Shown here piece by piece: positions 1 to 8,306 of a stretch of 32,000 nucleotides of DNA; positions within the stretch are counted from its first letter, which is position 1; the number at the start of each line of letters is the position of its first letter. The notes under the pieces are model-generated. The model saw nothing but the letters and a program-made list of their open reading frames with translations, searched no databases and was not told where the DNA came from. The stretch lies in the NCBI RefSeq assembly GCF_000621645.1, contig NZ_JHXR01000011.1, positions 145,974 through 177,973 on the forward strand, written 5' to 3'. The stretch comes from Vibrio cholerae ATCC 14035. Lineage in GTDB: Bacteria > Pseudomonadota > Gammaproteobacteria > Enterobacterales > Vibrionaceae. The translations under genes were made by a program, and so were the position numbers.

Positions 1-54
1 AAAACTGTGCACATGATCACGGTATGAAAAGTAAGCATTCATCACTGGTCGGAT

Positions 55-924
55 CTAGCCAATTTTTCCCGTTTCGATCAGTTGTTGCAGCAGCGGGCGC
101 ACAATCAAATCCATCGCAAAACTCATTTTACCGCCGGGGACGACAATGGTGTTGTGGCGTGACATAAACGAGCCATCAATCATCGCCAGCAAGTACGGGA
201 AATCGACGTTTTTGATGCCACGAAAACGGATCACCACAAAACTCTCATCCAGCGTTGGAATGCCTTTGGCATTGAGTGGGTTCGAAGTATCGACCGTAGG
301 CACACGTTGAAAGTTGATGTGGGTGCGCGAAAATTGCGGGGTGATGAATTTAAGGTAGTCGTCCATTGAGCGAACAATCGAATCCATCACCGCTTCGCGT
401 GAATGGCCGCGATCGCGCGTGTCGCGCACGTATTTTTGGATCCACTCAAGGTTAACTATGGGTACCATGCCAATCAAAAAATCGACGTGTTGCGCGACAT
501 TAACATCGCCATCAACGACGCCGCCGTGCAAGCCTTCATAAAACAGCACATCGGAGTTTTCAGGCAGCGACTGCCAAGGGGTAAATGTACCGGGCATCTG
601 GTTATACGGTACCGCTTCATCAAAGGTGTGCAAGTAGCGGCGTACTTGGCCGGTGCCTACTTTTCCATATTGGCGGAAGAATTCTTCCAGTGTAGGGAAA
701 TCGTTGGCTTGCGGACCAAAGTAGCTGATATGGCGGCCTTGCTCACGCGCTTTGCGGATTTCCACATCCATTTCTGGGCGAGTAAAACGGTGGAAACTGT
801 CGCCTTCCACCCAAGCGGGTTTGATGTTCATCATATTGAACATCTTGCGAAAGGCTTCTGAGGTGGTGGTGGTACCGGCGCCGGAAGAACCGGTCACCGC
901 AATAATCGGATGTTTGGCTGACAT
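55..924 (-). CDS. prkB: phosphoribulokinase (PrkB type)
   Basis: 289-aa ORF with N-terminal P-loop AVTGSSGAGTTT. Resembles enterobacterial PrkB end to end. Sits in the conserved prkB-yheU-yheT-yheS neighbourhood. Confidence 0.9.
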   Translation of the reverse strand: MSAKHPIIAVTGSSGAGTTTTSEAFRKMFNMMNIKPAWVEGDSFHRFTRPEMDVEIRKAREQGRHISYFGPQANDFPTLEEFFRQYGKVGTGQVRRYLHTFDEAVPYNQMPGTFTPWQSLPENSDVLFYEGLHGGVVDGDVNVAQHVDFLIGMVPIVNLEWIQKYVRDTRDRGHSREAVMDSIVRSMDDYLKFITPQFSRTHINFQRVPTVDTSNPLNAKGIPTLDESFVVIRFRGIKNVDFPYLLAMIDGSFMSRHNTIVVPGGKMSFAMDLIVRPLLQQLIETGKIG

Positions 925-985
925 GACAAACCTTGTCCTTTAAGTCCTTGATTTTGGTGCTAACTTAGACACCTTCCGAAAAATG

Positions 986-1013
986 ACTATAGCACGGAAA
1001 ATGCTGTCGTCAC
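986..1013 (-). promoter_or_regulatory. candidate sigma70 promoter for prkB (GTGACG - 16 nt - TGcTATAGT, extended -10)
   Basis: On the minus strand, TATAGT is at 991..986 preceded by TGc (994..992). A GTGACG -35-like hexamer is at 1013..1008. The site lies about 60 nt upstream of the prkB ATG. Motif reading only. Confidence 0.4.
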
Positions 1014-1020
1014 GACATGG

Positions 1021-1230
1021 CTAAAACGGATGGCATTTAATATCCACGGTTTCATGCAATTCTGAATAGACGATCACAGCTTGTCCAGATTGTAATTGAG
1101 TACGTACCTGAGCAATTTTCTCTTCTAGCGAGACTTCAATATCGCCATAGTCGGTGCCTTCACGCAGCACAAATTCACGGATCAAATTGTCGAGTGTGTC
1201 TGGCGCAATCTCTTGCCATGGAATGATCAT
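1021..1230 (-). CDS. yheU: UPF0270 family protein YheU
   Basis: 69-aa [32 protein letters not shown]... is nearly colinear with E. coli YheU (recall). AGAGGT RBS lies just upstream. Confidence 0.8.
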   Translation of the reverse strand: MIIPWQEIAPDTLDNLIREFVLREGTDYGDIEVSLEEKIAQVRTQLQSGQAVIVYSELHETVDIKCHPF

Positions 1231-1238
1231 AAATACCT

Positions 1239-1286
1239 CTTTATTTTATGATGGCGCTTTTTTATGACGGTTCTTTTGTATGACTG
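1239..1286. repeat. three imperfect 16-nt direct repeats (CTTTTnTATGAYnG core), exact 16-nt period
   Basis: TATGA occurs at 1247, 1263 and 1279. The units ctttattttatgatgg / cgcttttttatgacgg / ttcttttgtatgactg are 12/16 identical between neighbours. They lie immediately upstream of the yheU start codon on the minus strand. Confidence 0.5.
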
Positions 1287-1322
1287 AAAGAAACGACGAG
1301 TTGCCGCCACGCTCAGTCGTTT
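1284..1322 (-). terminator. candidate intrinsic terminator after yheT
   Basis: On the minus strand, aaacgactgag...ctcgtcgttt forms a 10-bp stem with one bulge, followed by a T-rich tttctttc. It starts about 37 nt after the yheT stop. Confidence 0.45.
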
Positions 1323-1358
1323 GAATGTCGCTTTCATCTGTGGAGAAGGAATCGTGGA

Positions 1359-2348
1359 TTAGCTGGGCTGTAGAAAATCATCTCGCAGCGGTGCGTAATA
1401 CTCGGGTAGAGCTTGCTCTAACCAAAAATACGGTTTAAGCCATGAACCGCTCAGGAAACCCACATGGCCGCCATGCTCGAAGAGACGATAGCGGATATTG
1501 TCAGGTAGCGGAAAATTGGGGATCACCGCTTCAGTCATAAAAGGATCGTCTTTGGCGTGGATGATCTGAGTCGGGACGCGGATCTGAGTCAGCTGTTTAA
1601 TCCCAGAGCACTGCTGGTAATAATCGGCTGCATCATGAAAACCGTGCAGCGGCGCGGTGATCACATCATCAAACTCGGCGAGTTTAGCGATCGCACGGAT
1701 TCGCTCAGGGCTCAGTGGCAAAGCGTTTTCCAGCAGTGGGTATTTCGCGATGGCATTTTTCTTCAATGAAGAGAGCAGATAGGCTCGATACACTTTGGAA
1801 AAGCCCTGTTCGATACGTTGTGAGCAGGCGGCTAAATCGAGTGGCGCAGAAATCAAGGTGGCGGCCGTGACGATAGGATCATCCCGATACTGCGCAAGAT
1901 AGTTGGCGAGCATGTTACCGCCTAGTGAAACACCGACGGCAACGATCGGACGCTCTGGTAATTGTTTACGCAGATACTCCAGCACAAAACGCGCATCGCC
2001 CGTTTCGCCAGAGTGGTAAGCGCGTGCTAAGTGGTTGGGTTTACCACTGCAACCGCGAAAATGCATCATCACCGAGAGCCAGCCTTGCCGCGCAAAGGCG
2101 TGCATCAAGCCGTTCGCGTAAGGGCTTTTGAAGCTGCCTTCTAAGCCGTGGAACAACACAAACAGCGGCTTACGCTGCGCGTGTGGTGTGCGCCAATCTT
2201 CGCTCCAAGCAAGATCGAGAAAATCACCATCAGGCGTGAATAGCGTTTGCCATTCGGCACTAAACAGCGGCTGTTTTCGCAGCAAGCGAGGCAGCAGAGT
2301 TTGTAAGTGGGGATTTTTCAGCCCCTTAGCAGCAATAAACGTGATCAT
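1359..2348 (-). CDS. yheT: alpha/beta-fold hydrolase YheT
   Basis: 329-aa ORF with an HGLEGS oxyanion-type motif, a GVSLGG nucleophile elbow and a C-terminal HGGHVGF. Colinear with E. coli YheT (recall). Its ATG overlaps the upstream stop (ATGA at 2345..2348). Confidence 0.85.
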   Translation of the reverse strand: MITFIAAKGLKNPHLQTLLPRLLRKQPLFSAEWQTLFTPDGDFLDLAWSEDWRTPHAQRKPLFVLFHGLEGSFKSPYANGLMHAFARQGWLSVMMHFRGCSGKPNHLARAYHSGETGDARFVLEYLRKQLPERPIVAVGVSLGGNMLANYLAQYRDDPIVTAATLISAPLDLAACSQRIEQGFSKVYRAYLLSSLKKNAIAKYPLLENALPLSPERIRAIAKLAEFDDVITAPLHGFHDAADYYQQCSGIKQLTQIRVPTQIIHAKDDPFMTEAVIPNFPLPDNIRYRLFEHGGHVGFLSGSWLKPYFWLEQALPEYYAPLRDDFLQPS

Positions 2349-2830
2349 GATGTTGGAGTATCGGATTCTCGGTACGGAGCTGAAAAAAGCTCGGCTAAGT
2401 ATTCTGCGCCAAGCATTTTACAGTATTGCAGAGTGAGCGATAGATCTTGCGCAGGATGAAGTGTCATTCGATTGAGACAATGGACCAAATCCGCTTGCTG
2501 TTGCTTTTCTAATTGCAGCTCAAACTGCAGAGCCTCGCGATAGAGCGTGTCTGGCAAATGGCTTTTCAAGCGTCGCCGCAAATCACGAAAATCGTGCAGC
2601 AGAGTTTCCGAATGACTCAAACATTCCAGCACCGTCGGCCAGTCAGTTTCCGCAAAAGTGAGCTGCTGTTCATCTAGCCATTTGAGTAACAGCAGCAGAT
2701 TGACATTGCCGTGATGGCTATTTTGCAATCGTAAGCACGCCTCTTTTACCTCGCGCACACTGTAATACTGCAAACTGAATTGCCAGAGTCTTTCCAGTGT
2801 TAATCTTGGTTTGGCGTGCTCATCACTCAT
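2345..2830 (-). CDS. conserved hypothetical protein, TIGR02444/DUF2390-like
   Basis: 161-aa ORF wedged between yheS and yheT. Its ATG (2830..2828) directly abuts the yheS TAA (2833..2831), and its TGA overlaps the yheT ATG. The N-terminal WQFSLQYYSVREVKEACLRLQNSHHGNVNLLLLLKWL pattern matches my recollection of the TIGR02444 family. The family call has not been checked by HMM. Confidence 0.65.
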   Translation of the reverse strand: MSDEHAKPRLTLERLWQFSLQYYSVREVKEACLRLQNSHHGNVNLLLLLKWLDEQQLTFAETDWPTVLECLSHSETLLHDFRDLRRRLKSHLPDTLYREALQFELQLEKQQQADLVHCLNRMTLHPAQDLSLTLQYCKMLGAEYLAELFSAPYRESDTPTS

Positions 2831-4747
2831 TTATCCGTTGAACTCCCGTTCCATCTCTTCCAAGGTTTCTTGTTCGGCCATCCATTCTAGCTCGACTTGC
2901 TCAAGCTCGGATTTGGCGGCGGCTTGTTTAGCCAACACCTCAGTCAGTGTCGCTTTATTCTGTGCTTCGTACAGTGAGGTGTCCGACAATTGTGCTTCCA
3001 TCTCACTGACAACGTGGTTCAACTTATCGAGTTTCTCTTCTAACTGTGTCAGCTTTTTGCGAATTGGCGCAGTGAGCTTACGAAAATCGGCTTCACGGCG
3101 CTTTTGCTCTTTTTTCGCCGCGGCACTGTTCGCGCTATTCGCAGTATTGGTCGGTTGGGTTTCTTTACGCTCGGCTTTTTGCTGATCGGTAAGCCATTTG
3201 TAGTAGTCATTCAAGTCACCATCAAACGGGCCGACTTGGTGATCATGCACTAAATAGAGATCATCGGTGGTGGCACGCAGCAAGTAGCGATCATGGCTGA
3301 CAATGACCATTGCGCCTTCATAGCTTTGTAGCGCAAGGGTTAGCGCCTGACGCATATCCAAATCCAAATGGTTGGTGGGTTCGTCAAGCAGCAGTAAGTT
3401 GGGCTTTTGCCACACAATCAGTGCCAGCACTAAACGGGCCTTTTCACCACCCGAGAAGGGCGCGACTTTTTCGAGTGCTTTCTCACCATGGAAACCAAAG
3501 CTGCCTAAGTAGTTACGCAGCTCGAGCTCATTTTTGTCTGGCGCGATTTGCATCATGTGTTGCAGCGGCGTTTCTTCTGGATGCAGTGTTTCCAACTGAT
3601 GCTGCGCAAAGTAACCAATTTTCACCCCTTGCGAGTATGTGCAGTCACCCGATTGCGGTTTGAGCTCACCCGAGAGCAGTTTGATCAAGGTGGATTTACC
3701 TGCGCCGTTACGACCAAGCAGACCGATGCGACTGCCCGGCACCAGATTGAGGCGGATCTTCTCGAGGATGAGGTTATCGCCGTAGCCCGCTGCGACCTGA
3801 TCCATCATCAGGATCGGGTTCGGCAGCGCGGCAGGTTCACGAAATTCAAAGCTGAACGGGTTATCAAACTGGGCGGGCAGCACTTTTTCCATCCGCTCCA
3901 GCGCTTTAATCCGGCTTTGGGCTTGGCGAGCTTTCGACGCTTTATAGCGGAAGCGATCAATATAGCTTTGCATGTGCGCCATCTGCTTTTGTTGCTTTTG
4001 ATAGATGGCTTGTTGCTGAAGCATTTTCTGTGCGCGCTGAGTTTCAAACGACGAGTAGTTGCCCGTGTATTCATTCAGCGTCTGATTTTCAATATGCACA
4101 ATGCGATTGACGATTGGGTCGAGGAAATCGCGGTCATGGGAAATCAGGATCAGCGTGCCGGGGTAGCTTTGCAGCCAACGCTCTAGCCACATCACCGCAT
4201 CCAAATCCAAGTGGTTGGTCGGTTCGTCGAGCAGCAGTAAATCTGAGCGGCAAATCAGCGCTTGCGCGAGGTTTAAACGCATCCGCCAGCCACCAGAAAA
4301 TTGGGTCAGGCTCCAGCTCATCTGCTCTTGAGTAAAGCCTAAACCGTCAAGCAGTTCTGAGGCGCGAGCGCGAATGCTGTAACCACCGACCATCTCGATT
4401 TTGCCATGCAAATCGGCCACTTTGGTGCCGTTGTCGGCCGCTTCTGCGTCCATCAATTGGCGTTCAAGTTCGCGGTATTCGCGATCGCCATCGATGACGT
4501 ATTCCAATGCTGTGCGATCCAGCGCCGGGGTTTCCTGTGCTACCCAAGCCAGCTCCCAGTGCGCTGGTTTACTGAAGGAGCCCGCATCAATGGTGAGTTC
4601 ATCTTTCAGCAGTGCAAAGAGAGTGGATTTGCCGCAGCCGTTTTTGCCCACTAAGCCGACTTTGTCGCCGGGATGAATGGTGGCTGAAGCTTGCTCAAGG
4701 AGTGGTTTGCCGCCACGCAGTAGCTGAATCTCAGAAAAGGTAATCAT
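2831..4747 (-). CDS. yheS: ABC-F family ATPase YheS
   Basis: 638-aa ORF with two ABC cassettes. Walker A motifs are GKNGCGKST and GRNGAGKST; signatures are FSGGWRMR and FSGGEKAR; Walker B is LLLLDEPTNHLD twice. Has an inter-domain linker, a C-terminal coiled-coil tail and no TM domain. Confidence 0.92.
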   Translation of the reverse strand: MITFSEIQLLRGGKPLLEQASATIHPGDKVGLVGKNGCGKSTLFALLKDELTIDAGSFSKPAHWELAWVAQETPALDRTALEYVIDGDREYRELERQLMDAEAADNGTKVADLHGKIEMVGGYSIRARASELLDGLGFTQEQMSWSLTQFSGGWRMRLNLAQALICRSDLLLLDEPTNHLDLDAVMWLERWLQSYPGTLILISHDRDFLDPIVNRIVHIENQTLNEYTGNYSSFETQRAQKMLQQQAIYQKQQKQMAHMQSYIDRFRYKASKARQAQSRIKALERMEKVLPAQFDNPFSFEFREPAALPNPILMMDQVAAGYGDNLILEKIRLNLVPGSRIGLLGRNGAGKSTLIKLLSGELKPQSGDCTYSQGVKIGYFAQHQLETLHPEETPLQHMMQIAPDKNELELRNYLGSFGFHGEKALEKVAPFSGGEKARLVLALIVWQKPNLLLLDEPTNHLDLDMRQALTLALQSYEGAMVIVSHDRYLLRATTDDLYLVHDHQVGPFDGDLNDYYKWLTDQQKAERKETQPTNTANSANSAAAKKEQKRREADFRKLTAPIRKKLTQLEEKLDKLNHVVSEMEAQLSDTSLYEAQNKATLTEVLAKQAAAKSELEQVELEWMAEQETLEEMEREFNG

Positions 4748-4869
4748 AAAAAATCGTTTATCGCCCGTTGAATTTTCGCTCGGAATAGTAGGTGGAATAA
4801 GGATAAATGTCGATCATTATACAAATTGGGTTATGATGCTGAGTAACGGATTAGTAACAAATCAGCGGA

Positions 4870-5460
4870 GTGCGCAACTTGGTCAACCGAGAGCAAACGA
4901 AAGCCAAAGTGCTGGTGGTGTATGCGCACCCAGATCCACAACACTCCGTTGCCAATCAGGTGATGATGGAAAAGATTGCCGATTTAGAGCATGTTTCGAT
5001 TATCGACCTCTACGCCACTTACCCCAATTTCTTTATTGATGTGCATGCCGAGCAGCAGCGCTTGCGGGAACATGATGTGCTGGTGTTGCAACATCCCCTC
5101 TATATGTATTCCTGCCCTGCTCTTTTAAAAGAGTGGATTGATCGCGTGTTGAGCAAAGGTTTCGCCTTCGGTAAACAGAGTGAGCTGAAAGGGAAACTTT
5201 GGCGCAGTGTGATTACCACTGGCGGCAACCACACCGCCTACGATCAACGCGGTTATAACCGTTATCCGCTGAATGAAATCCTGCAGCCGTTCGAGCTCAG
5301 TGCGGCTTTGTGTCAGATGCACTGGATTGAGCCTTTGGTGCTGTATTGGTCACGCAACATCAGTGATCAAGAGCGTGCGCAACATGCAGAGCGTTATCGG
5401 CAATGGTTACAAGAGATCGCCCACTGGCAAGGAGAGCCGTATGACGCCACTGACCAGTGA
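4870..5460 (+). CDS. kefG: glutathione-regulated K+ efflux ancillary protein KefG (flavodoxin-like NAD(P)H oxidoreductase fold)
   Basis: KVLVVYAHPDPQHSVAN...LQHPLYMYSCPALLKEWIDRVL is colinear with E. coli KefG. The start is ambiguous. GTG at 4870 overlaps the GGAG at 4867..4870, so the in-frame TTG at 4879 (8 nt after GGAG) may be the true start. Confidence 0.8.
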   Translation: MRNLVNREQTKAKVLVVYAHPDPQHSVANQVMMEKIADLEHVSIIDLYATYPNFFIDVHAEQQRLREHDVLVLQHPLYMYSCPALLKEWIDRVLSKGFAFGKQSELKGKLWRSVITTGGNHTAYDQRGYNRYPLNEILQPFELSAALCQMHWIEPLVLYWSRNISDQERAQHAERYRQWLQEIAHWQGEPYDATDQ

Positions 5461-7243
5461 TTTTCTCAGTAGCAGTGTCGTCTTTCTTAGCGCTGCGGTG
5501 ATTGCCGTCCCCCTTGCGCAGCGCGCGGGATTAGGCTCTGTGCTTGGCTATTTGCTGGCGGGGATTGCGATTGGTCCATGGGGACTGGGCTTGATCCGCG
5601 ATGTGCAAGCCATCATGCATTTTGCTGAGTTTGGCGTGGTGCTACTGCTGTTTCTGATTGGCTTAGAGCTCAACCCGAAAAAACTGTGGAATCTACGCGG
5701 CCCCATTTTAGGGCTAGGCGGCGCGCAAGTGGTGGTGACCACTGCGGTGCTTTCCAGTGTCGCGTATTTACTGGGTGTCAGTTGGCAAAGTGCGTTAGTC
5801 ATCGGTATGGCGCTGGCGCTTTCATCGACCGCGATCGCTCTGCGCGTGATTGAAGAGCACGGCTTAACGCGTACTGAGGCGGGACAATCGGGATTTGCGG
5901 TGCTGCTGTTTCAAGATATTGCGGTGATCCCCATGTTGGCACTGCTGCCAATCCTCGCTGGAAACAGCAGTGGCGATTGGCTGAATGCCCTGTGGATGAC
6001 GGGAGGAATTGCTGCTTTGTTACTGGGCGGACATTTTCTGCTTAACCCGCTGTTTCGATACATCGCATTAAGTGGCGTGCGCGAACTGTTTACTGTCGCG
6101 GCTTTGCTCTTGGTGGTTGGCATCGCGTTGCTGATGCAGAAGGTTGGTCTTTCGATGGCGCTAGGTACTTTTTTAGCTGGGGTGATCCTCGCAGAAAGCG
6201 AGTTTCGTCATGAGCTAGAAATCGCTATCGATCCTTTTAAAGGCTTATTGCTTGGTCTGTTTTTTATTTCGGTGGGTATGGCAGTGGACGTGGGTTTGTT
6301 ACTCGTCAAGCCTCTGCAGATTATGCTGGCCGTGTTGGGCTTAGTGATTGTCAAAAGTCTAGTGCTCTATCTGCTGGCACGCCTGTCGGGTACGGTTGCC
6401 AAAGCGCGCAGCAAAATGGCGGCGATTTTAAGCCAAGGGGGGGAATTCGCCTTCGTGATTTTTACCGCCGCCAGTGCGGAGGGCTTGCTGACGGCTTCGC
6501 AAGTCTCCTTCCTTCTGGTGGTGGTGAGCCTTTCTATGGTGACCACGCCGTTATTACTCTCTGCCCAAAAATACTGGTTTGCCCGCCAGCTCAATATTGA
6601 AGAAAACCCACTGACGCCGGATGTCGAAAATAAAGAGCCGCGAGTGATCATTGTCGGTTTTGGCCGCTTTGGTCAGATAGTGGGGCGTCTGCTGTACGCC
6701 AACAAAATCAAAGTCACTATTTTGGAAAGTGACGCCAGCCAAGTACGTTTACTGCGTAAATACGGCTACAAAGTCTTTTATGGGGATGCCACCAATCTGG
6801 AACTATTACGCGCTGCGGGTGTTGAGCAAGCAGAGGCCTTGGTGGTTTGTACTGACGACCCTGAGCAAGTGATCACCATAGTAGAGCTGTGTCAGCAGCA
6901 TTTTCCGAATCTGAAATTGTTGGCGCGAGCACGCAGTCGGGTCGAAGCTTATCAACTGATGAGTCTCGGAGTACAAAATTACACCCGAGAAACCTTCTTG
7001 AGCGCACTCGACTTGGGGCGCAAAGCCTTGGTTCAACTTGGCATGCATCCTTATCAAGCGAAACGTGCCGAAGAGCATTTTCATCGTCTCGATAAAACTA
7101 TGCTCAAAGAATTGCTACCGCAACATAATGAAGATAAACAACTCGAACTGCGCGCCAAAGAAGCGCGTACCGAACTTGAAGAAATATTTAGCCGTGAGAT
7201 GGACAGTGATCAGCTCTCACGCCGATATTGGGAAAAGGAGTAG
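5441..7243 (+). CDS. kefB: glutathione-regulated K+/H+ antiporter KefB
   Basis: The track ORF starts at 5273, but the ATG at 5441 follows GGAGAG and opens with a hydrophobic TM region (MTPLTSDFLSSSVVFLSAAVIAVPLAQRAGLGSVLGYLLAGIAIGPWGLG). That gives 600 aa versus about 601 in E. coli. A C-terminal KTN/RCK domain (VIIVGFGRFGQ) is present. Overlaps the kefG 3' end by 20 nt. Confidence 0.9.
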   Translation: MTPLTSDFLSSSVVFLSAAVIAVPLAQRAGLGSVLGYLLAGIAIGPWGLGLIRDVQAIMHFAEFGVVLLLFLIGLELNPKKLWNLRGPILGLGGAQVVVTTAVLSSVAYLLGVSWQSALVIGMALALSSTAIALRVIEEHGLTRTEAGQSGFAVLLFQDIAVIPMLALLPILAGNSSGDWLNALWMTGGIAALLLGGHFLLNPLFRYIALSGVRELFTVAALLLVVGIALLMQKVGLSMALGTFLAGVILAESEFRHELEIAIDPFKGLLLGLFFISVGMAVDVGLLLVKPLQIMLAVLGLVIVKSLVLYLLARLSGTVAKARSKMAAILSQGGEFAFVIFTAASAEGLLTASQVSFLLVVVSLSMVTTPLLLSAQKYWFARQLNIEENPLTPDVENKEPRVIIVGFGRFGQIVGRLLYANKIKVTILESDASQVRLLRKYGYKVFYGDATNLELLRAAGVEQAEALVVCTDDPEQVITIVELCQQHFPNLKLLARARSRVEAYQLMSLGVQNYTRETFLSALDLGRKALVQLGMHPYQAKRAEEHFHRLDKTMLKELLPQHNEDKQLELRAKEARTELEEIFSREMDSDQLSRRYWEKE

Positions 7244-7252
7244 TACAATCTC

Positions 7253-7453
7253 GTGAAACAGAAAAAACGTTTTATCGCTGGCGCAAACTGCCCACAGTGC
7301 AAGACCGCCGATACGTTACAATGGTGGGTAGAGAACAGCATTGAGCTGGTTGAGTGCGTCGAATGTGGGTTCCATGAACAGCGTAAACCCAAATCCGTCG
7401 AGCAGAGTGAGCATGCGAATGAGCAGATGATCGGGATTTTTAAGCCGGAGTAA
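7253..7453 (+). CDS. yheV: YheV family zinc-ribbon protein
   Basis: 66-aa ORF with a GTG start. KKRFIAGANCPQCKTADTLQWWVENSIELVECVECGF carries a CxxC...CxxC motif and is colinear with E. coli YheV. The kefB-yheV-slyD order is conserved. Confidence 0.75.
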   Translation: MKQKKRFIAGANCPQCKTADTLQWWVENSIELVECVECGFHEQRKPKSVEQSEHANEQMIGIFKPE

Positions 7454-7481
7454 TTGAGTTTCTGCGTGTGATCTTCATAAT
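7454..7481 (+). promoter_or_regulatory. candidate slyD promoter TTGAGT - 16 nt - CATAAT
   Basis: TTGAGT is at 7454..7459 and CATAAT at 7476..7481, about 64 nt upstream of the slyD ATG. Motif reading only. Confidence 0.45.
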
Positions 7482-7544
7482 ATCGGCAACATTCTTCTCT
7501 TGGCCTGCATTTGGCAGTCAAGAGACAACCTCCCTGGAGCAGTT

Positions 7545-8144
7545 ATGAAAATTGAAAAAAACACGGTAGCAAGTCTTGCTTACCAATTGACTATCGAAGA
7601 TGGCGTGGTGGTGGATCAGTCTACTGTTGATGCGCCGCTGGATTACCTGCACGGTCACAATAACCTGATTACAGGTCTTGAGCGTGAATTGGAAGGCAAA
7701 GTGGCTGGTGATAAATTCACCGTTACTATCGCACCAGAAGATGCATACGGCGAACACAACGAAGATCTGGTACAGCGTGTTCCTGCAGACGTGTTCCAAG
7801 GAGTGGATGAGCTGGAAGTCGGTATGCGTTTCCTCGCCGATACAGACCAAGGTCCAATCCCAGTTGAAATCACTGAAGTGGATGGCGATGAAGTCGTGGT
7901 TGATGGTAACCACATGCTGGCTGGCCAGTCACTGACTTTCACCGTAGACGTGGTTGCCGTGCGCGCAGCGACGGAAGATGAGATTGCTCACGGTCATATC
8001 CACCAAGTGGGTGGCTGTGGTCACGATCACGACCATGATCATGAAGGCGGTTGCTGCGGTGGCGAAGGCCACGGTCTCGATCACCATGGTCACGGTAAGA
8101 AAGAAGGCGGCTGCTGTGGCGGCGGCGGTTGTGGTTCTCACTAA
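7545..8144 (+). CDS. slyD: FKBP-type peptidyl-prolyl cis-trans isomerase SlyD with His/Cys-rich metal-binding tail
   Basis: The ATG at 7545 (MKIEKNTVASLAYQL...) fits the SlyD N-terminus and follows GGAG. The upstream extension from 7500 is not homologous. The FKBP plus IF domain is followed by a 51-aa tail with 12 His and 6 Cys. Confidence 0.9.
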   Translation: MKIEKNTVASLAYQLTIEDGVVVDQSTVDAPLDYLHGHNNLITGLERELEGKVAGDKFTVTIAPEDAYGEHNEDLVQRVPADVFQGVDELEVGMRFLADTDQGPIPVEITEVDGDEVVVDGNHMLAGQSLTFTVDVVAVRAATEDEIAHGHIHQVGGCGHDHDHDHEGGCCGGEGHGLDHHGHGKKEGGCCGGGGCGSH

Positions 8145-8199
8145 TAGTGAGCCCATCTCGCTAAGTAGTACGTTATTTTCGTAGTACGACAGATTTGAA

Positions 8200-8231
8200 A
8201 GTGCTAACCGCGATCCGGTTAGCGCTTTTTT
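8200..8231 (+). terminator. intrinsic terminator after slyD
   Basis: agtgctaaccg / cggttagcgct forms an 11-bp stem (one G-T pair) with a 5-nt loop, followed by TTTTTT. Confidence 0.75.
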
Positions 8232-8306
8232 ATTGCGAACTTTGGCACTATACGCCCATTCTAAACGCCGAAATGAAACGGTTAACCTTATTGGAGAACA
8301 CAAGTC

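Noticed and set aside
403-861. 152-aa plus-strand ORF, and similar long ORFs at 3548..4186, 7518..7913, 14642..15073, 15179..15544, 15715..16056, 17617..18009, 22790..23071 and 25370..25690.
   Set aside because: Each lies wholly antisense to, or out of frame within, a strongly recognisable conserved gene. None has a plausible RBS, and their compositions are low-complexity mirror images of the real gene. They are treated as shadow ORFs.
5273-5440. N-terminal 56-codon extension of the kefB ORF in the track.
   Set aside because: It overlaps kefG in another frame and is Cys/Arg/Ser-rich and unlike KefB. The ATG at 5441 has a GGAGAG RBS and gives the expected length.
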